Sequence record: ON287370.1
Length of the DNA stretch: 64,000 nucleotides
Strand: one strand, 5' to 3'
Made by a program: the position numbers and the translations under genes. Under the pieces are notes generated by a model. That model saw only the letters and a list, made by a program, of their open reading frames with translations, had not been told where the DNA came from and did no database searches. How positions within the stretch are numbered: the stretch's first letter is position 1; every line of letters starts with the position of its first letter. Shown here one piece after another: positions 1 to 9,481 of the stretch.

Positions 1-187
1 AGACCTTTATCAAAAATATGGATATGATCCTAAAAGGGATGCTGGTAATTTGTCTGAGCTTTATGATCTGCGCTTGCAGCGGTCCGAAGATATCGGAAGC
101 GGAAACGTACGTGGAAGCAAAGACGGAGCTTCAAAAGCTCAACCTGTACAAAAGCCAGCTAGTAACACTAAAGCCATCTCTAACTGA
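1..187 (+). CDS. 3' end of an upstream ORF, putative i-spanin (partial)
   Basis: Frame starting at nt 2 is open from the window edge (DLYQKYGYDPKRDAGNLSELYDLRLQRSED...KAISN) to TGA at 185-187. It overlaps the lipoprotein gene, which lies in its +1 frame, as in overlapped Rz/Rz1 pairs. The N-terminal TM is not visible. Confidence 0.5.
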   Translation, partial: DLYQKYGYDPKRDAGNLSELYDLRLQRSEDIGSGNVRGSKDGASKAQPVQKPASNTKAISN

Positions 188-482
188 TGTACCAACCAAC
201 ATATATACTTATGATTGGAAACCTATAGAACCAATGATTGGTAATTTGGATCAGTTCCTGGCTAACAATGATTGCTTGGCTGCTGATGACTTTAAAATGT
301 GTTATCTACATACCCGGCTCCTGTTAATCGGTACTACTAAGGAGCTTGATGCTTCTAACGATCGTATCAATGGACTGAACGAAGTTGTTGGCCGACTACG
401 CAGTAACATAAACCAGATCATCGATAACTTTGATGACGGTTCTACAGAGAAAACTAAACTCTCTTTGAAGTTGGTTAAATAA
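18..482 (+). CDS. Lipoprotein, putative o-spanin
   Basis: Signal peptide with lipobox-like LSFMICA-C-SG. Later Cys and helical C-terminus (CYLHTRLLL...SNDRINGL). Starts inside the upstream ORF. Confidence 0.65.
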   Translation: MDMILKGMLVICLSFMICACSGPKISEAETYVEAKTELQKLNLYKSQLVTLKPSLTDVPTNIYTYDWKPIEPMIGNLDQFLANNDCLAADDFKMCYLHTRLLLIGTTKELDASNDRINGLNEVVGRLRSNINQIIDNFDDGSTEKTKLSLKLVK

Positions 483-492
483 GTAAGCATAA

Positions 493-525
493 CCCCTACC
501 CCTCCAATTAAGGAGTGGGTAGGGG
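493..525. terminator. Bidirectional intrinsic terminator hairpin (CCCTAC family)
   Basis: CCCCTACCCCTCC-AATTAA-GGAGTGGGTAGGGG between convergent genes. Confidence 0.8.
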
Positions 526-535
526 AGTATGTTGT

Positions 536-1192
536 TTATTTTGGTTGTATCCAACTAGCCAGCTTAGTACGGAACTTCTCAAGTTTATTAGCACCTTGAA
601 TAACGGTATTAATCGTAGCACTTGCCCGAACAAAGTTCCAGGAAGTAACCACTGGACCTATGACGACTAATAGTAACTCTGAATTACTCGGAAGAGGTTT
701 ACCAGAGATCATAGAGTCGTGTATCGTCCAAGTAAACAACAAGCTACAGAAACAAATGACATGTGTGGATACAGCACCAGCTATTGCTCTTAGAATAACT
801 GATGTCGGTCCCACTAGTTCACGCTCAATAGCAAAATCGTTAGCAGTAACAATGGATGGTATCTGAGGCACCACTATTTGTTTAGCAACGGGTTCTCCAC
901 CTGGATTATCTTCAGGTGATGTTAATATAGTTGTTATGATCGCTCTTGCGTTGACGAAGTTCCATGCGATGATAATAGGTCCCATCATCATGATAAGCGC
1001 TGTGAGTATTCCAGGCCACGTTGAAACACCTCCTGTAACAGAGAGATGTATGGACAGAATAAAGATAGCACTTTCTGCGTTAACTGTTATACAAGAACTA
1101 AAACCAGATATCGCTTTTAAGGCTATTGGGAATTTATCCCAACGCTTTATATCATTTTGGATATTTGGTGGTTTTATCGATGTCTTTTCCAT
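536..1192 (-). CDS. Multi-pass membrane protein with internal duplication (holin candidate)
   Basis: About 4 hydrophobic segments in two related halves (IALKAISG...MGPIIIAWNFVNA and VILRAIAG...IGPVVTSWNFVRA), with a basic C-terminus. ATG at 1192; the track's first M is a TTG. Confidence 0.6.
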   Translation of the reverse strand: MEKTSIKPPNIQNDIKRWDKFPIALKAISGFSSCITVNAESAIFILSIHLSVTGGVSTWPGILTALIMMMGPIIIAWNFVNARAIITTILTSPEDNPGGEPVAKQIVVPQIPSIVTANDFAIERELVGPTSVILRAIAGAVSTHVICFCSLLFTWTIHDSMISGKPLPSNSELLLVVIGPVVTSWNFVRASATINTVIQGANKLEKFRTKLASWIQPK

Positions 1193-1745
1193 CAAGCACG
1201 TCCCAACCTAAGTCTCGGTAATACTGAACCGCAGTATAAAGACCTAACAGTATAGCATCATTGGCGTGCTCAGTTAACTTGTTCAGATCAAATCCATTCA
1301 AGTCTAAGAAAGGACATTTCATAAGACCCTTGGTAACATCGTCCTTGGTCGTTCCTCTAAAGTCAGCATCTACGATCTTTTTAGCAAGACGTGGAAGCAC
1401 TTGTCTAAAGGCAACATCTTTCTGATTAGTAACTGTGTACTGGTGGATGAAAGAAACTATTTCGATGAGGCGTTTAAAACTTGATGGGGAGATCCCTAAG
1501 AAGTTATCCTCACAAGAAACTACAGCAGGGTTAATCATTTCAAATACATGCCCATAGACTCGTGTAAGCCCAAGAGCACGTACCTGTTGTGGGTTGTCCT
1601 GTCTAACACCAAACTCATTATACTCACCCTGTAAGGTATCAGCATAAATCAGTTTGAATGGTTTCCTTTCATAACAGTCTACTTCCAATGCCGCCGCACC
1701 AAGATTAGTAATACCTGGATCTATTCCTAGTATGCGTACTGTCAT
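1152..1745 (-). CDS. ruvC: RuvC-like Holliday junction resolvase
   Basis: ILGIDPG N-terminal motif, catalytic E (VSCED) and C-terminal HANDA; position matches phiKZ-like genomes. Confidence 0.9.
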   Translation of the reverse strand: MTVRILGIDPGITNLGAAALEVDCYERKPFKLIYADTLQGEYNEFGVRQDNPQQVRALGLTRVYGHVFEMINPAVVSCEDNFLGISPSSFKRLIEIVSFIHQYTVTNQKDVAFRQVLPRLAKKIVDADFRGTTKDDVTKGLMKCPFLDLNGFDLNKLTEHANDAILLGLYTAVQYYRDLGWDVLDGKDIDKTTKYPK

Positions 1746-1749
1746 AGCT

Positions 1750-2367
1750 TTATCCTACAAAAAGTGCATGGGTTTTATAACCCCCATACGTCGCTAACTC
1801 CACCACAACTAAAAGACTAGTATCTCGGTTGAAGTTATAAATATCCGGTGCTTTAGAACCCGGACCAAAATAACGCATCATAAAGTAAGCTGTGGTATTA
1901 CCGCCATTTGGATTAGCGGACCAACCATCACCTACACCATAACGGTTAAGAAGATCAGCCAACTTACGTGACTTATCTGCGTTGAACTGGCTTGAATCGT
2001 AATAGACATTTAAAGGAAGATCTTTAAGGAACATCAATTCCTTTTCAGTATTAATCGTAATACCAAAGTTATTCACAACTTCCTGATAAGGGAAAACTTT
2101 AGGATTATCAAGCGTTGTGTTTTGACTAAGTTGCCGAGTAATAGTGTATCGATCTTTAAATACCCAGATTGTTTTACCCGTACTTATCTCAACCACTTCA
2201 AGAGTTAGTAGACCATCTTCAGCTACATAAGCTAAACGATCTTCATAAATCCGTGGATCAATAAGATCACCATACATTTCATAAACAGAACTGGCCACGG
2301 CCGAAACCGTGGTCCATTTAGAAAGTTTTAGATGGCGTGGGGTGAGTGGAAGTTCTTGTTCAGTCAT
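1750..2367 (-). CDS. Hypothetical, probably virion-associated protein
   Basis: 205-aa ORF with RBS (AAAGGA), in an operon with structural genes. Confidence 0.6.
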   Translation of the reverse strand: MTEQELPLTPRHLKLSKWTTVSAVASSVYEMYGDLIDPRIYEDRLAYVAEDGLLTLEVVEISTGKTIWVFKDRYTITRQLSQNTTLDNPKVFPYQEVVNNFGITINTEKELMFLKDLPLNVYYDSSQFNADKSRKLADLLNRYGVGDGWSANPNGGNTTAYFMMRYFGPGSKAPDIYNFNRDTSLLVVVELATYGGYKTHALFVG

Positions 2368-2384
2368 TCCTTTGCCCCTTACGG

Positions 2385-3317
2385 TTATTTAATCCCAGCG
2401 CCGCCCAAAGATACGGCTGATGGATCAACCAACAGCGGCAGGGAGTTACCGTACCAGAAGAAGTAAGGCATTTTGCTGTTAGCGTTAGCATCACGAGCAT
2501 ATGCTTCGGTAATCTGGAAGGACACACAAGCTGACTGCAGTTCTTTATATTCTACAGTACCACCACCCGCGATGGAACCGGTATTACGAGATTCGATACC
2601 ATAAGCCAGGTACATTTCGTTGATTGCAGCTTTACCTGCATCGTTGAACAGTACACGACAAACGTTACGAACTTCTTCCAGGTCATTCCCATTCAGGGAC
2701 AGATCCATTTTACCAGTACCGTTTACGTAGGTGTTGGTAATTGGGATGTTGTTAGTAGACAGCAGTTCGTATGGCTTAGGAGTCAGGTCTTCTTTAACTG
2801 GAATGTATGGACGTTCGGTTTCGTTACCAGTTGCTGGATCACGTTCACCGATCTTCATGCTTGGATCGAATTCAGTCCAACCAATCAGTTTCAGGTAATA
2901 CATTACGTAAACCTTATCACCGATTTTGCGAACAACGCGAATACGGTAATTATCACGCATCACTGGATCGATGTCATCTGCAATTTCACGGATAACAAAT
3001 GGGATCGGATAGAAAGCACCAAAGTCAGTTGCTTTGTGCTGATAAACTTTACGACCTTCCAGGCCATTAGCGTCAGTACCGATAGAGCGAGAACCACCGA
3101 TACCAATACCGTAGTAAGCTAGCTTGAAGTCTTTACCATTTTTACGACCAACTGATTCATCAGCAAGGATGTCATACAGTTCGTTCATAGTGGTCCATTT
3201 TGGAATATCAACAGTCTGCCCAGTAGAACAAGCGGCGTTGATAATCACACCCAGCGCGTTCGGAGTAACTAACTGGTTAGGAAGTTTCTGGGAGTCGCGC
3301 CCACTTTCATTAGCCAT
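2385..3317 (-). CDS. phiKZ-like virion structural (tail/baseplate) protein
   Basis: YYGIGIGG, YQHKATD...PIPFV and YYLKLI motifs typical of this conserved jumbo-phage family; lies downstream of the gp128-like gene. Confidence 0.65.
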   Translation of the reverse strand: MANESGRDSQKLPNQLVTPNALGVIINAACSTGQTVDIPKWTTMNELYDILADESVGRKNGKDFKLAYYGIGIGGSRSIGTDANGLEGRKVYQHKATDFGAFYPIPFVIREIADDIDPVMRDNYRIRVVRKIGDKVYVMYYLKLIGWTEFDPSMKIGERDPATGNETERPYIPVKEDLTPKPYELLSTNNIPITNTYVNGTGKMDLSLNGNDLEEVRNVCRVLFNDAGKAAINEMYLAYGIESRNTGSIAGGGTVEYKELQSACVSFQITEAYARDANANSKMPYFFWYGNSLPLLVDPSAVSLGGAGIK

Positions 3318-3322
3318 CTGAA

Positions 3323-3661
3323 TTATCCTTCGTTTACGTATTCACGATATTTGATTTTAAAGGTACCGTAATGAATCAAGCAATGAGGGTGAATATTGAT
3401 TTCATACCCACCTGTAATCTCTTTGATTGATTCAATATCGGTTGAATAAAGAGTAACACCCAAAGGACGTACTAGTCTCACAACATCGGAAGGTCTCAAA
3501 GTTTTGAGATCTGTCTTGATGGAATGCTTATTGATAAATGAGAGATCTTGTTTCTCATATTCAACATGTCGTGAATCCATTAACAACAAAAGTTTAGTTT
3601 CATTATTAATGAGTACGTCCAAACGTTGTTCGTTCGGGTATTGTCTAAGGAGTCTGTCCAT
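3323..3661 (-). CDS. Small hypothetical virion protein
   Basis: 112-aa ORF coupled to flanking structural genes. Confidence 0.55.
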   Translation of the reverse strand: MDRLLRQYPNEQRLDVLINNETKLLLLMDSRHVEYEKQDLSFINKHSIKTDLKTLRPSDVVRLVRPLGVTLYSTDIESIKEITGGYEINIHPHCLIHYGTFKIKYREYVNEG

Positions 3662-5774
3662 TAGTTTTATCTTCTCTCAATGTCATAGCAGAATTAATCT
3701 GATTGACGGATACCTGAGGAAGCGTCTCGATACGATACAGAACCATAGGAAGATCTATTTTACCGCAACCGATAGACTCAGCGTGAACTGTACCCCAATC
3801 ATCTCCTGGGAGTTCACCTGTAAGTTCTTTAGCTGTTAATGATGCTTCTGGAACACCGTGGTTGTGCACAGGGATAAAGACCAAGTCATTATCATGTTCC
3901 AAAGAAGTTTCGCCATCAGGTAACCAATAGTCACCGTCAAGCAACATCATATATGGTAAGTTAAATTGACCATCTAATGTTTCTGTTGATCCGATATACT
4001 GAACGGTGTAACTTGTTAAGTCCTTCATCAAGTTAATCAGCATACGCTGCTGTTCACCGATAGATTGTATATCGTTATATTCCCATCCAGTAGCTTTGCT
4101 CCAGATAGACCATGCCAAGTCCAAACACTCATCCTGATTATAGTCTAAGAAGTCTAAATCAAGCTTGGTGAGGAATTCGTCATAAGTCTTGTAATTACCT
4201 ATCTTAGCTAAACCATCAGCATAGCAGGCCGATACGGCGTTCTCACGACGGGTTGCAGAGAATAGGTTAAGTATTCTGGAGTAGAGCTTCTTATGTGCCC
4301 ACATTCCATCTTGCACTTCTTTACATTTGTTAAAGAAAGCATCAGGGGTGATCAACACAGGGAAGTCGACATGAACTTTCAGAATGTCTTTACAAACAGT
4401 TTCTGTCAGTATGTCTTTATGACCGAGTAAACTTAGCTCTTGCCAAGTCGGATCTTTGATCTTTCTGACATGCCAATATTCGTACTCTGGGATCTTACCA
4501 GGTTTGTTGATACCGCGTGCTCTGTCAATCAAATAGTGCCAGAGGATCACAGCATCAGGCATCGCTAAACGGAAGCGTTTACCAGTACGTATATCAGTTA
4601 CGTCGATATTGATGTTGTAGAGTTTATTGAAGGTCAGGTAGATCCATTCATTGTGTAAAACTCTCATCAAGCGATCAGGGTTACGACCTGTGGTATCTGT
4701 CATGTTGGATTCAAGTACCTTAGAAGGCACTTCACCGAATAGACCATACCGAATTAAGTAATCAGTCTGAGATTCACCTTCTGGGTAGTTATCCTCGTTA
4801 TCGAGTGCCAGTGGGTTTTCTTTCTTGAGTACATCCGGTACCGTAAATAGCCTATTATCCATACCGAAGTCTTTTATCAAGTTAATAGGACGTCTGAGCA
4901 TCATTGGTTGAGGCTCAAATGTCTCTTCCATACCTTGAGTGGTTTGGATAGTTTCATAACGTGATAAAGGTATACGGCGATGTGTAAGGACTATTTCCAA
5001 TACATCATCAAAGGTTGCTCTACGTCCAAGCTTACGAAGAACATAATCGATATTGCGGAATAACCACATTGTCTGTTTATGATCTAAGAACTTTTTATAG
5101 ACGCTTGAAATACCTACAGAGTTTAATTTACTCCAGATATAAAAGTCATGAGCATAGCGACTGTAAGCTGCTTCTTTCCTTAACATTAAAATGTTGGAAA
5201 CTAATGAAGCATGTAAAGTCATAAGCAATGCAGGAAGCATCAAGTTATCGGTAAGAAGATATTCTGTTTGGAATGATCCAAGTACCATTGCATCGATATG
5301 TTTCTGCAAAGCGGGCATTAATTGGTATTCGTTCCACTGAACATAATCAGTATTATAACGTAGGATTTGGTAATCCTTTGCTGGTACAGATTCGGACTGC
5401 GGTATCGGGTTTATTACACCATTAATAAGATTTGACTGGGACGGATATTTTTCGACTAGTCTGGTGTAGTAATAAGAACCCAGACGATAAGCTCGTTTAG
5501 TTGCCAAGTGCAGATCTAAATTGGCTTTAGTAAACTCTATCGTATCGCCGTTGTCCAAAGACTGTACGTACATCATTTTATCTGTTACGTGATATTCGCC
5601 GTTCAGGTTCATGTAGTACCGCCACTTAGCTGGGTCAGTACCTGGGTTTAACCCATAGTGTTGCTCCATCAACCTGTTATCAAGAAGGGCAATATCATTA
5701 CATTTTATAACGATAGTTCTTGCGAAAGCAATCGTATTTTTAATGTAAGCTTTAAACTCGATATTGTTAAGCAT
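3645..5774 (-). CDS. phiKZ gp128-like baseplate/virion structural protein
   Basis: WRYYMNLNGEYH...MYVQSLD...YP.Q..LI.G motifs; divergent from the portal. Start reassigned to ATG 5774 (MLNNIEF; AAGGGA RBS). Confidence 0.75.
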   Translation of the reverse strand: MLNNIEFKAYIKNTIAFARTIVIKCNDIALLDNRLMEQHYGLNPGTDPAKWRYYMNLNGEYHVTDKMMYVQSLDNGDTIEFTKANLDLHLATKRAYRLGSYYYTRLVEKYPSQSNLINGVINPIPQSESVPAKDYQILRYNTDYVQWNEYQLMPALQKHIDAMVLGSFQTEYLLTDNLMLPALLMTLHASLVSNILMLRKEAAYSRYAHDFYIWSKLNSVGISSVYKKFLDHKQTMWLFRNIDYVLRKLGRRATFDDVLEIVLTHRRIPLSRYETIQTTQGMEETFEPQPMMLRRPINLIKDFGMDNRLFTVPDVLKKENPLALDNEDNYPEGESQTDYLIRYGLFGEVPSKVLESNMTDTTGRNPDRLMRVLHNEWIYLTFNKLYNINIDVTDIRTGKRFRLAMPDAVILWHYLIDRARGINKPGKIPEYEYWHVRKIKDPTWQELSLLGHKDILTETVCKDILKVHVDFPVLITPDAFFNKCKEVQDGMWAHKKLYSRILNLFSATRRENAVSACYADGLAKIGNYKTYDEFLTKLDLDFLDYNQDECLDLAWSIWSKATGWEYNDIQSIGEQQRMLINLMKDLTSYTVQYIGSTETLDGQFNLPYMMLLDGDYWLPDGETSLEHDNDLVFIPVHNHGVPEASLTAKELTGELPGDDWGTVHAESIGCGKIDLPMVLYRIETLPQVSVNQINSAMTLREDKTNGQTP

Positions 5775-5802
5775 AAAGATCCCTTGGAGGAGAATCCCGT
5801 CA

Positions 5803-8688
5803 ATGACTAGTAGATTACCCAAAGGGGTAAAACCGATCGACAGGACTAAAGTAAGAGGTAGATTGAAAAATCCATCTCCTTTAGACAAAAGCATGCGTTC
5901 GTTGCTAGTAAAAGATAGCACCATTCGTAATGATAAAGATAGAGAGAATATGTCTAAGCCACCAGTGGCTAAAGTTAAAAGTCTCTCTGACATCATCAGT
6001 AATAATATCCAGGCTAATAACGACCTGCGTACTATTACTCACTTTATCAAACGCGCTGAACAGATCTGGACTACCCTTCTGCTGAAGCCCAATGGCGATC
6101 AGCGAAATCTTCTCATCTATGATACAGAAAGTTCTGATATCAAAAACAGTAAGCTTCATGAGCTTTTGATCCAAAAAGTAGAAAACTACTTTACGACAAA
6201 ATACCCTTTTGAAGAGTTAGCGCCTCAAATTATTAAAGATGTTCTTTTCCGTACAGGTTCATACGTCCATTTAAGCTTATCTCATGCGGCTTTGGACCAT
6301 TTGATCAACGGTATGGAAGTTGAGGTTTCCGGTAATGAATCCTTAGTCCGTAGTACTACCGCTAAAGTACTTACTGAACAGTTTGTTAATGGTAACTGGA
6401 ATACCGCTAAGAACGTTGGCTATATTCGTAAGGAAAGGAAAAGCACAGCCGGTAGCTTTGTTGGTTTCGAAGCACTGTATGGCGATGTAGGGGAACGTGA
6501 TCCAGAATACCATTTGGTTCACCCTGATCTTAAATTTACCTTTACGGATAACCCCGTTGTTCTCAAGGTAGGTGAACTGGCTTCTAGACTTCGTGAAGAA
6601 CGTCTTAAGAAGATCGGTGGTATGGAAGGTATTGATGACGCTATCAATAACCGTTGGGTTAAAGAGAAAGGTAAACGTCACAAAACCAACAATAACCATG
6701 TCAATGCCATTTCCAGAAAAACTCTGGAAGATGAACTGGATACTTTATATCCTGATCGTCATTATGATAAGAATGAAACCTTATCTGTACGTAAGGGTAA
6801 ATACTACACTGGTGATGGGCGTGGTATTGGTATTGATTACCACTGGCCTTCTGAAGCTGACATCCCTGTTAACATTAATGGTGAAATCGGTAAACCATTT
6901 GGTCACATTCTTTTGCTTGATCCAGAAACTGGTGAACCACTTAAATCCACGACTGATGTTAAATACTATCAGAAGACTAAAGGTGCTCAAGAGAACACTG
7001 ATGGTCCGAAGATGGGTTCTATTAATGATATCGTACAGCATATCCGAAATGTAGCTCAAGGTTCTGAGTGTAATGAAGATATGGAGTGGATGGTTAACTT
7101 TGCTTCCGCTACTCTTGAGAAAGAACTGATTGAAGGTTTCTTGAATGGTGATCTTCATAAAGATGTTACCATTTCTCTGACTGAAGAGAACAAGAAACTG
7201 TTCTGGTCTCGTGCTATGCGTGATCAAGGTGTACGTGCTGTATTCGTACCTTCTGATTATGTTACTTATGTAGCTATCGACTTTAACCGTTTAGGTACTG
7301 GTCGTTCTCTGGTTGATGAAGCTAAACTTCACATCACTCGTTTAGCAGTTCTTGATACTGCTGATGCTCTTGCACAGGTAGAGAACTCTATCTCTCATAC
7401 TCTTCTGGAGATTACTCCTGAGCGTGAAGATATCGATGTTCGAAACACTATTGCTATGGCACGTGATGAGTGGTTTGCTAACAACCCTACATTGCACGAC
7501 ATCATTGGTTATAACAACGTATCCATTGATGCTGTTCTTGACCGCTTTAAAGAACAAACCCTGACTATCAAAGTCAATCCAGGTGATAACCCTTATGTGG
7601 CAGCTCCAGAATTCCAAGCTGGTCAGATGCAACGTGAACCACTTAAATCGATTGACCGTGATACTCGTGATAACTTATTAAATACCATTGCAGGTTACTT
7701 TGGTCTGAAACGTAGTTGGCTGGAAGATACTGGTGAAGGTAATGACTTCGCAATTGAGGCACTTGCTGACCAGGAATTACTCCGTAACCAAACTAACGAT
7801 TACTCTCGTACCTTCTCTCGTTACTTCACTGACATTATGCGTAAACACATGCGTGTCAATGAACCTCTTATTGGTGAGTTAGTAGACATCATCAAAGAGA
7901 ACAAGAAACTGTACATGAAACCTGACCAAGGTGCGTTGGACATCACTGACGAAGTTAAAGAGAAAGTTAACGAAGATGGTGATGATGAAATCTCAGCAGA
8001 AGAAATGGATATCATTCGTGTTGTTCTGAAAGACTTCATGAATACTTTCTATGTTGTACTTCCTACTCCAGCGATTACCGATTCACTTAACAAACTTGAA
8101 GACAAGATTGAAGCTGTTGAGAAACTGGCTACAACTTGGGTTGAGTTGGGTGGTGGTGTTAAGATGCTTCGTAAACGTGCTGAAGAAGTTGGTCTGGATG
8201 GTGAAGCTATCATCGAGTCAATTAAAGCTGTACTGTTGAATGAAGCGTTTACTCGTTTCAACCTTCCAATGCCATTTGAAGATATCTTGAGCAATGGTCA
8301 GGCAGGCGGTATTCTGAATATCATTAACAAGGCTTCTGACCTTGATGCCAACGTTGTTAAGTTCTTGGCTGATTACCATAAGTCTGGTAAGAAGACTGAG
8401 AAGAAAGTAGATAAACTCAAAGAAAACATTGAGAAGGAAGAACAGGATAAGTTCAATGAAGGGGCAGATGAAACTATCCCAGGTCAAGAAGAACCTATCC
8501 TCTCTGAAAATCCAAATGAAGTAAGTTTGGAAGAGAATCAAGAACAAGTTTCAGATGAGCAAACTGGTGCCGAAACTCCTTTAGAGCAAAAGGAAGAAGG
8601 TCAGGCTGAACTCGATGATGCTGAAGCTACAGATTTAGAACCAGGTTCTGAACTTAAAGGAACTGGTGATGATATCTGGGACGTGTAA
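5803..8688 (+). CDS. Portal protein (phiKZ gp129-like)
   Basis: ~960 aa; VLFRTGSY, GKPFGHILLLD..G.PL and G.GRSL motifs; synteny; acidic C-terminal tail. Start reassigned to ATG 5803 (GGAGG RBS). Confidence 0.8.
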   Translation: MTSRLPKGVKPIDRTKVRGRLKNPSPLDKSMRSLLVKDSTIRNDKDRENMSKPPVAKVKSLSDIISNNIQANNDLRTITHFIKRAEQIWTTLLLKPNGDQRNLLIYDTESSDIKNSKLHELLIQKVENYFTTKYPFEELAPQIIKDVLFRTGSYVHLSLSHAALDHLINGMEVEVSGNESLVRSTTAKVLTEQFVNGNWNTAKNVGYIRKERKSTAGSFVGFEALYGDVGERDPEYHLVHPDLKFTFTDNPVVLKVGELASRLREERLKKIGGMEGIDDAINNRWVKEKGKRHKTNNNHVNAISRKTLEDELDTLYPDRHYDKNETLSVRKGKYYTGDGRGIGIDYHWPSEADIPVNINGEIGKPFGHILLLDPETGEPLKSTTDVKYYQKTKGAQENTDGPKMGSINDIVQHIRNVAQGSECNEDMEWMVNFASATLEKELIEGFLNGDLHKDVTISLTEENKKLFWSRAMRDQGVRAVFVPSDYVTYVAIDFNRLGTGRSLVDEAKLHITRLAVLDTADALAQVENSISHTLLEITPEREDIDVRNTIAMARDEWFANNPTLHDIIGYNNVSIDAVLDRFKEQTLTIKVNPGDNPYVAAPEFQAGQMQREPLKSIDRDTRDNLLNTIAGYFGLKRSWLEDTGEGNDFAIEALADQELLRNQTNDYSRTFSRYFTDIMRKHMRVNEPLIGELVDIIKENKKLYMKPDQGALDITDEVKEKVNEDGDDEISAEEMDIIRVVLKDFMNTFYVVLPTPAITDSLNKLEDKIEAVEKLATTWVELGGGVKMLRKRAEEVGLDGEAIIESIKAVLLNEAFTRFNLPMPFEDILSNGQAGGILNIINKASDLDANVVKFLADYHKSGKKTEKKVDKLKENIEKEEQDKFNEGADETIPGQEEPILSENPNEVSLEENQEQVSDEQTGAETPLEQKEEGQAELDDAEATDLEPGSELKGTGDDIWDV

Positions 8689-8712
8689 AAAAAAATAAGT
8701 AACTAAGTTAAT

Positions 8713-8742
8713 CCTCCTACTCACCAATCGGTGAGTAGGAGG
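8713..8742. terminator. Bidirectional terminator hairpin
   Basis: Perfect 13-bp stem CCTCCTACTCACC-AATC-GGTGAGTAGGAGG between convergent genes, with an A-run on the left. Confidence 0.85.
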
Positions 8743-8749
8743 TTAGCTA

Positions 8750-9448
8750 TTACAGTTCGCTGATTGCAGCTTCTTCTTTGTTGAACATTTCAGTTACTGA
8801 ATCAGTAACTTTACCGGCTGCGCCATTCAGCATTTCAACCAGGCTGTCACCGAAGATTGCATCAGTTACGCTCAGACCATTAGCAATAATTGCTGTAGCC
8901 ATCAGACCATAGCTATCATCAGTTGCTGTTTTAGTTACCAGCTTCTGAGTAGCCAGGCTCAGGCCAGCTGCAGTTGCAGCAACCGCGATGGTACGACCTG
9001 CGATTTCCAGAGCGCTGTGTTTATTTTCTTCTTCAGTTTCCTGAGTGTTTTCAATGAGCAGGCGGCTGCCCACACTTACTGCACCGATAACACCGGAAGC
9101 AACAACTGCATTCCAGTTAACTGAACGCGCTTTAACAGCAGTTGCGATTTCTGCAGCTTCTTTCAGTTTGTCTTGGGTTTCAACGGTCATTGCTTTCTCT
9201 TCCATGGTTTGTTCTTCGGTTGGGTTAATTACTTTTTCCACGTTAGTGCGGATTACTTCTTCTACTACCGCTACTTGCTCAGGAGCAACTGCAGCGCCAG
9301 CATTGATTTCCATTTCGATAGCTTGAGTGTTTACGTTTTCCATTTTGATTTCCTTACTAGAGTTTAATTGATTAGTTTGTTTAGATTCTACAGTCTCGGC
9401 AATTACCGGTTTACAGTTAGAACCTAAGTACTTGATATTACGAGACAT
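8750..9448 (-). CDS. Hypothetical early protein with Ala/Gly-rich hydrophobic helices
   Basis: ORF directly downstream of the promoter motif. Start at 9448 (GGAG RBS) or 9343 (AAGGA RBS). Acidic N-half, hydrophobic C-half. Confidence 0.65.
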   Translation of the reverse strand: MSRNIKYLGSNCKPVIAETVESKQTNQLNSSKEIKMENVNTQAIEMEINAGAAVAPEQVAVVEEVIRTNVEKVINPTEEQTMEEKAMTVETQDKLKEAAEIATAVKARSVNWNAVVASGVIGAVSVGSRLLIENTQETEEENKHSALEIAGRTIAVAATAAGLSLATQKLVTKTATDDSYGLMATAIIANGLSVTDAIFGDSLVEMLNGAAGKVTDSVTEMFNKEEAAISEL

Positions 9449-9481
9449 ATAGATCTCCATGTATAAATATTTATTGTCTTA

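Noticed and set aside
5764-5996. Apparent 233-nt overlap of portal and gp128-like ORFs
   Set aside because: Artefact of longest-ORF calling. RBS-supported starts at 5774 (-) and 5803 (+) remove the overlap; the same applies to 49602..49726.
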